Of a DNA stretch of 38,267 nucleotides, positions 37,079-38,267 are shown piece by piece. Source of the stretch: an uncultured Candidatus Nitrosopelagicus sp. Lineage in GTDB: Archaea > Thermoproteota > Nitrososphaeria > Nitrososphaerales > Nitrosopumilaceae. The notes under the pieces are model-generated. The model did not search any database and had not been told where the DNA came from. It saw nothing but the letters and a program-made list of their open reading frames with translations. A program made the translations under genes and the position numbers. Each line of letters begins with the position of its first letter. The stretch's first letter is position 1. The DNA is taken from contig CAZIHG010000019.1 in NCBI GenBank assembly GCA_964539205.1, positions 1-38,267 on the forward strand, in the 5' to 3' direction.

Positions 37079-37909
37079 TCATAATTGCTCAGATATTTTT
37101 AATTCAAAATCAGAAACAAGATTTTTTTGTTTTGCCATATCAAATAACGTTCTGATAGATTTCTCTCCAGATTCACCCATATCAACTGTTACAGGATTGA
37201 CATACATGAGAACAAATTTTTCAATCAGATCACGAGATTTTCCTCTGCTATATTGCATCGCATATTCTAACGCCTCATCTTTATGATCAAGTGCATATTT
37301 TATTGATTCCTGTAGATGTAAGTCAAATTTTTTGATAGTTTGTACATCAAATTTATTGCTCATAACATTAATTCCCAATGGCACTGGTAATCCATTTGTT
37401 TGTTCATGCCACCATTTTCCAACATCTAGAATTTTCATTACACCCTCTTGTTCAAATGACAATTGAGTTTCATGAATAACTAATCCTGCATCTACATCAC
37501 CATCCCTTACAGCCTTTGGTATATCACTAAAGTTCATTTCAACATAATCAAATTTACCAATCATCAATTGTAGTAATAGAAATGCTGACGTCATTTTTCC
37601 CGGAATTGCTATTTTCAATGTCTTTAGCTCATCAATTGTTATTGGTCTCATTGCAGTAACAATAGGACCGTATCCAATTCCGAAACTGCCGCCACTCCTT
37701 AAGATTGTATAATTTGGGATATACGCACAGGCATGGACTGATACTGCAGTAACATCCAATTCTGGGCTGGTCGCCTTTTTGTTAAGATTTTCAATATCTT
37801 CTATAACATGTGTGACAGTAAAGTCATTAGATTCTACTAAATTAGTGAACATTGCATAAAACATGAATGCATCGTCCGAATCAGGTGTATGTCCTACAGA
37901 AATATTCAC
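37079..37909 (-). CDS. mqnD: 1,4-dihydroxy-6-naphthoate synthase
   Basis: GHTPDSDDAFMFYA, DIENLN, GGSFG.GYGP, AIPG.MTSA, GLVIHE, LPVPLG, MYVN. Confidence 0.9.
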   Translation of the reverse strand: MNISVGHTPDSDDAFMFYAMFTNLVESNDFTVTHVIEDIENLNKKATSPELDVTAVSVHACAYIPNYTILRSGGSFGIGYGPIVTAMRPITIDELKTLKIAIPGKMTSAFLLLQLMIGKFDYVEMNFSDIPKAVRDGDVDAGLVIHETQLSFEQEGVMKILDVGKWWHEQTNGLPVPLGINVMSNKFDVQTIKKFDLHLQESIKYALDHKDEALEYAMQYSRGKSRDLIEKFVLMYVNPVTVDMGESGEKSIRTLFDMAKQKNLVSDFELKISEQL

Positions 37910-37985
37910 GATTTAGCTCTTAAATCTGGTTATAAAAAACATTAGAATTGGAAAAACTTTTCAATCTAACAGTTTACCATTAATT

Positions 37986-38105
37986 ATGATTTGTGCAAAT
38001 TGTGAAAATCATAAGCATTTTGAATGTATTGATTGTCAAAATGATCACAAAACAGAACTTTGTACTTGTGATTGCCATAAGACAGAACATGATCATGGTA
38101 ACTAG
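37986..38105 (+). CDS. Cys/His-rich metallothionein-like peptide (39 aa; absent from ORF track)
   Basis: Hand translation: MICANCENHKHFECIDCQNDHKTELCTCDCHKTEHDHGN* (7 Cys, 6 His). Confidence 0.72.
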   Translation: MICANCENHKHFECIDCQNDHKTELCTCDCHKTEHDHGN

Positions 38106-38114
38106 AGAAGCAAA

Positions 38115-38267
38115 ATGGAAAAAGATACACATTCTGATGAAGAGATTATAGAAATTCTTAATCTGAAAAAAGTAGTGGACATAGGAATGACAAAACATCA
38201 AGAGAAAGCAGCACATTTTGTGCCCAAATATTTGTCAGAAAATGGTTTTGACATAATTCCAGTTAAT
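38115..38267 (+). CDS. CoA-binding (YccU-like) protein, N-terminal part, truncated by window end
   Basis: MEKDTHSDEEIIEILNLKKVVDIGMTKHQEKAAHFVPKYLSENGFDIIPVN. Confidence 0.8.
   Translation, partial: MEKDTHSDEEIIEILNLKKVVDIGMTKHQEKAAHFVPKYLSENGFDIIPVN

Noticed and set aside
37980-38216. 78-aa minus-strand ORF from the track
   Set aside because: Shadow of two better-supported plus-strand ORFs (37986-38105 and 38115-end).
1-38267. tRNA or rRNA genes
   Set aside because: No GC-rich cloverleaf or rRNA-like tract seen, and all gaps are short and AT-rich. A tRNAscan-SE or Infernal run would confirm.

Overview
AT-rich, gene-dense archaeal chromosomal segment. Gene content points to a marine ammonia-oxidising archaeon (Nitrososphaerota/Thaumarchaeota, Nitrosopumilaceae-like): PEFG-CTERM protein, WWADG-repeat exported proteins, stand-alone EF-2, TFB, DpsL and futalosine-pathway mqnE/mqnD. 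About 1-25.6 kb is mostly housekeeping and repair: collagen-like gene end, family-4 UDG, a PINA-type ATPase lacking its PIN domain, DtxR, aspS, MPG, DRG, argS, TFB, DpsL, birA, SNF2 and fusA. The most interesting part is about 25.9-33.5 kb. It encodes a cobalamin-binding protein with the CarH/LitR photoreceptor signature (W131-x9-E141-H142 plus E-x-H179) fused to a non-MerR N-terminal domain. Nearby are a SAM methyltransferase, a phytoene-desaturase-like flavoprotein, an SRPBCC protein and a 2OG-Fe(II) oxygenase. Four intergenic regions in this block, including the one upstream of the regulator itself, share a GCACTAG motif, repeated at 19-20 bp spacing in three of them. I infer a candidate B12/light-controlled lipid or quinone modification regulon; this is untested. 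Several small ORFs missing from the ORF track were found by hand translation (DUF5679, zinc fingers, a metallothionein-like peptide). No rRNA, tRNA, CRISPR or transposase was seen. Both window ends and a short stretch of fusA look like possible sequence errors. All family assignments come from motif recognition, not database searches.
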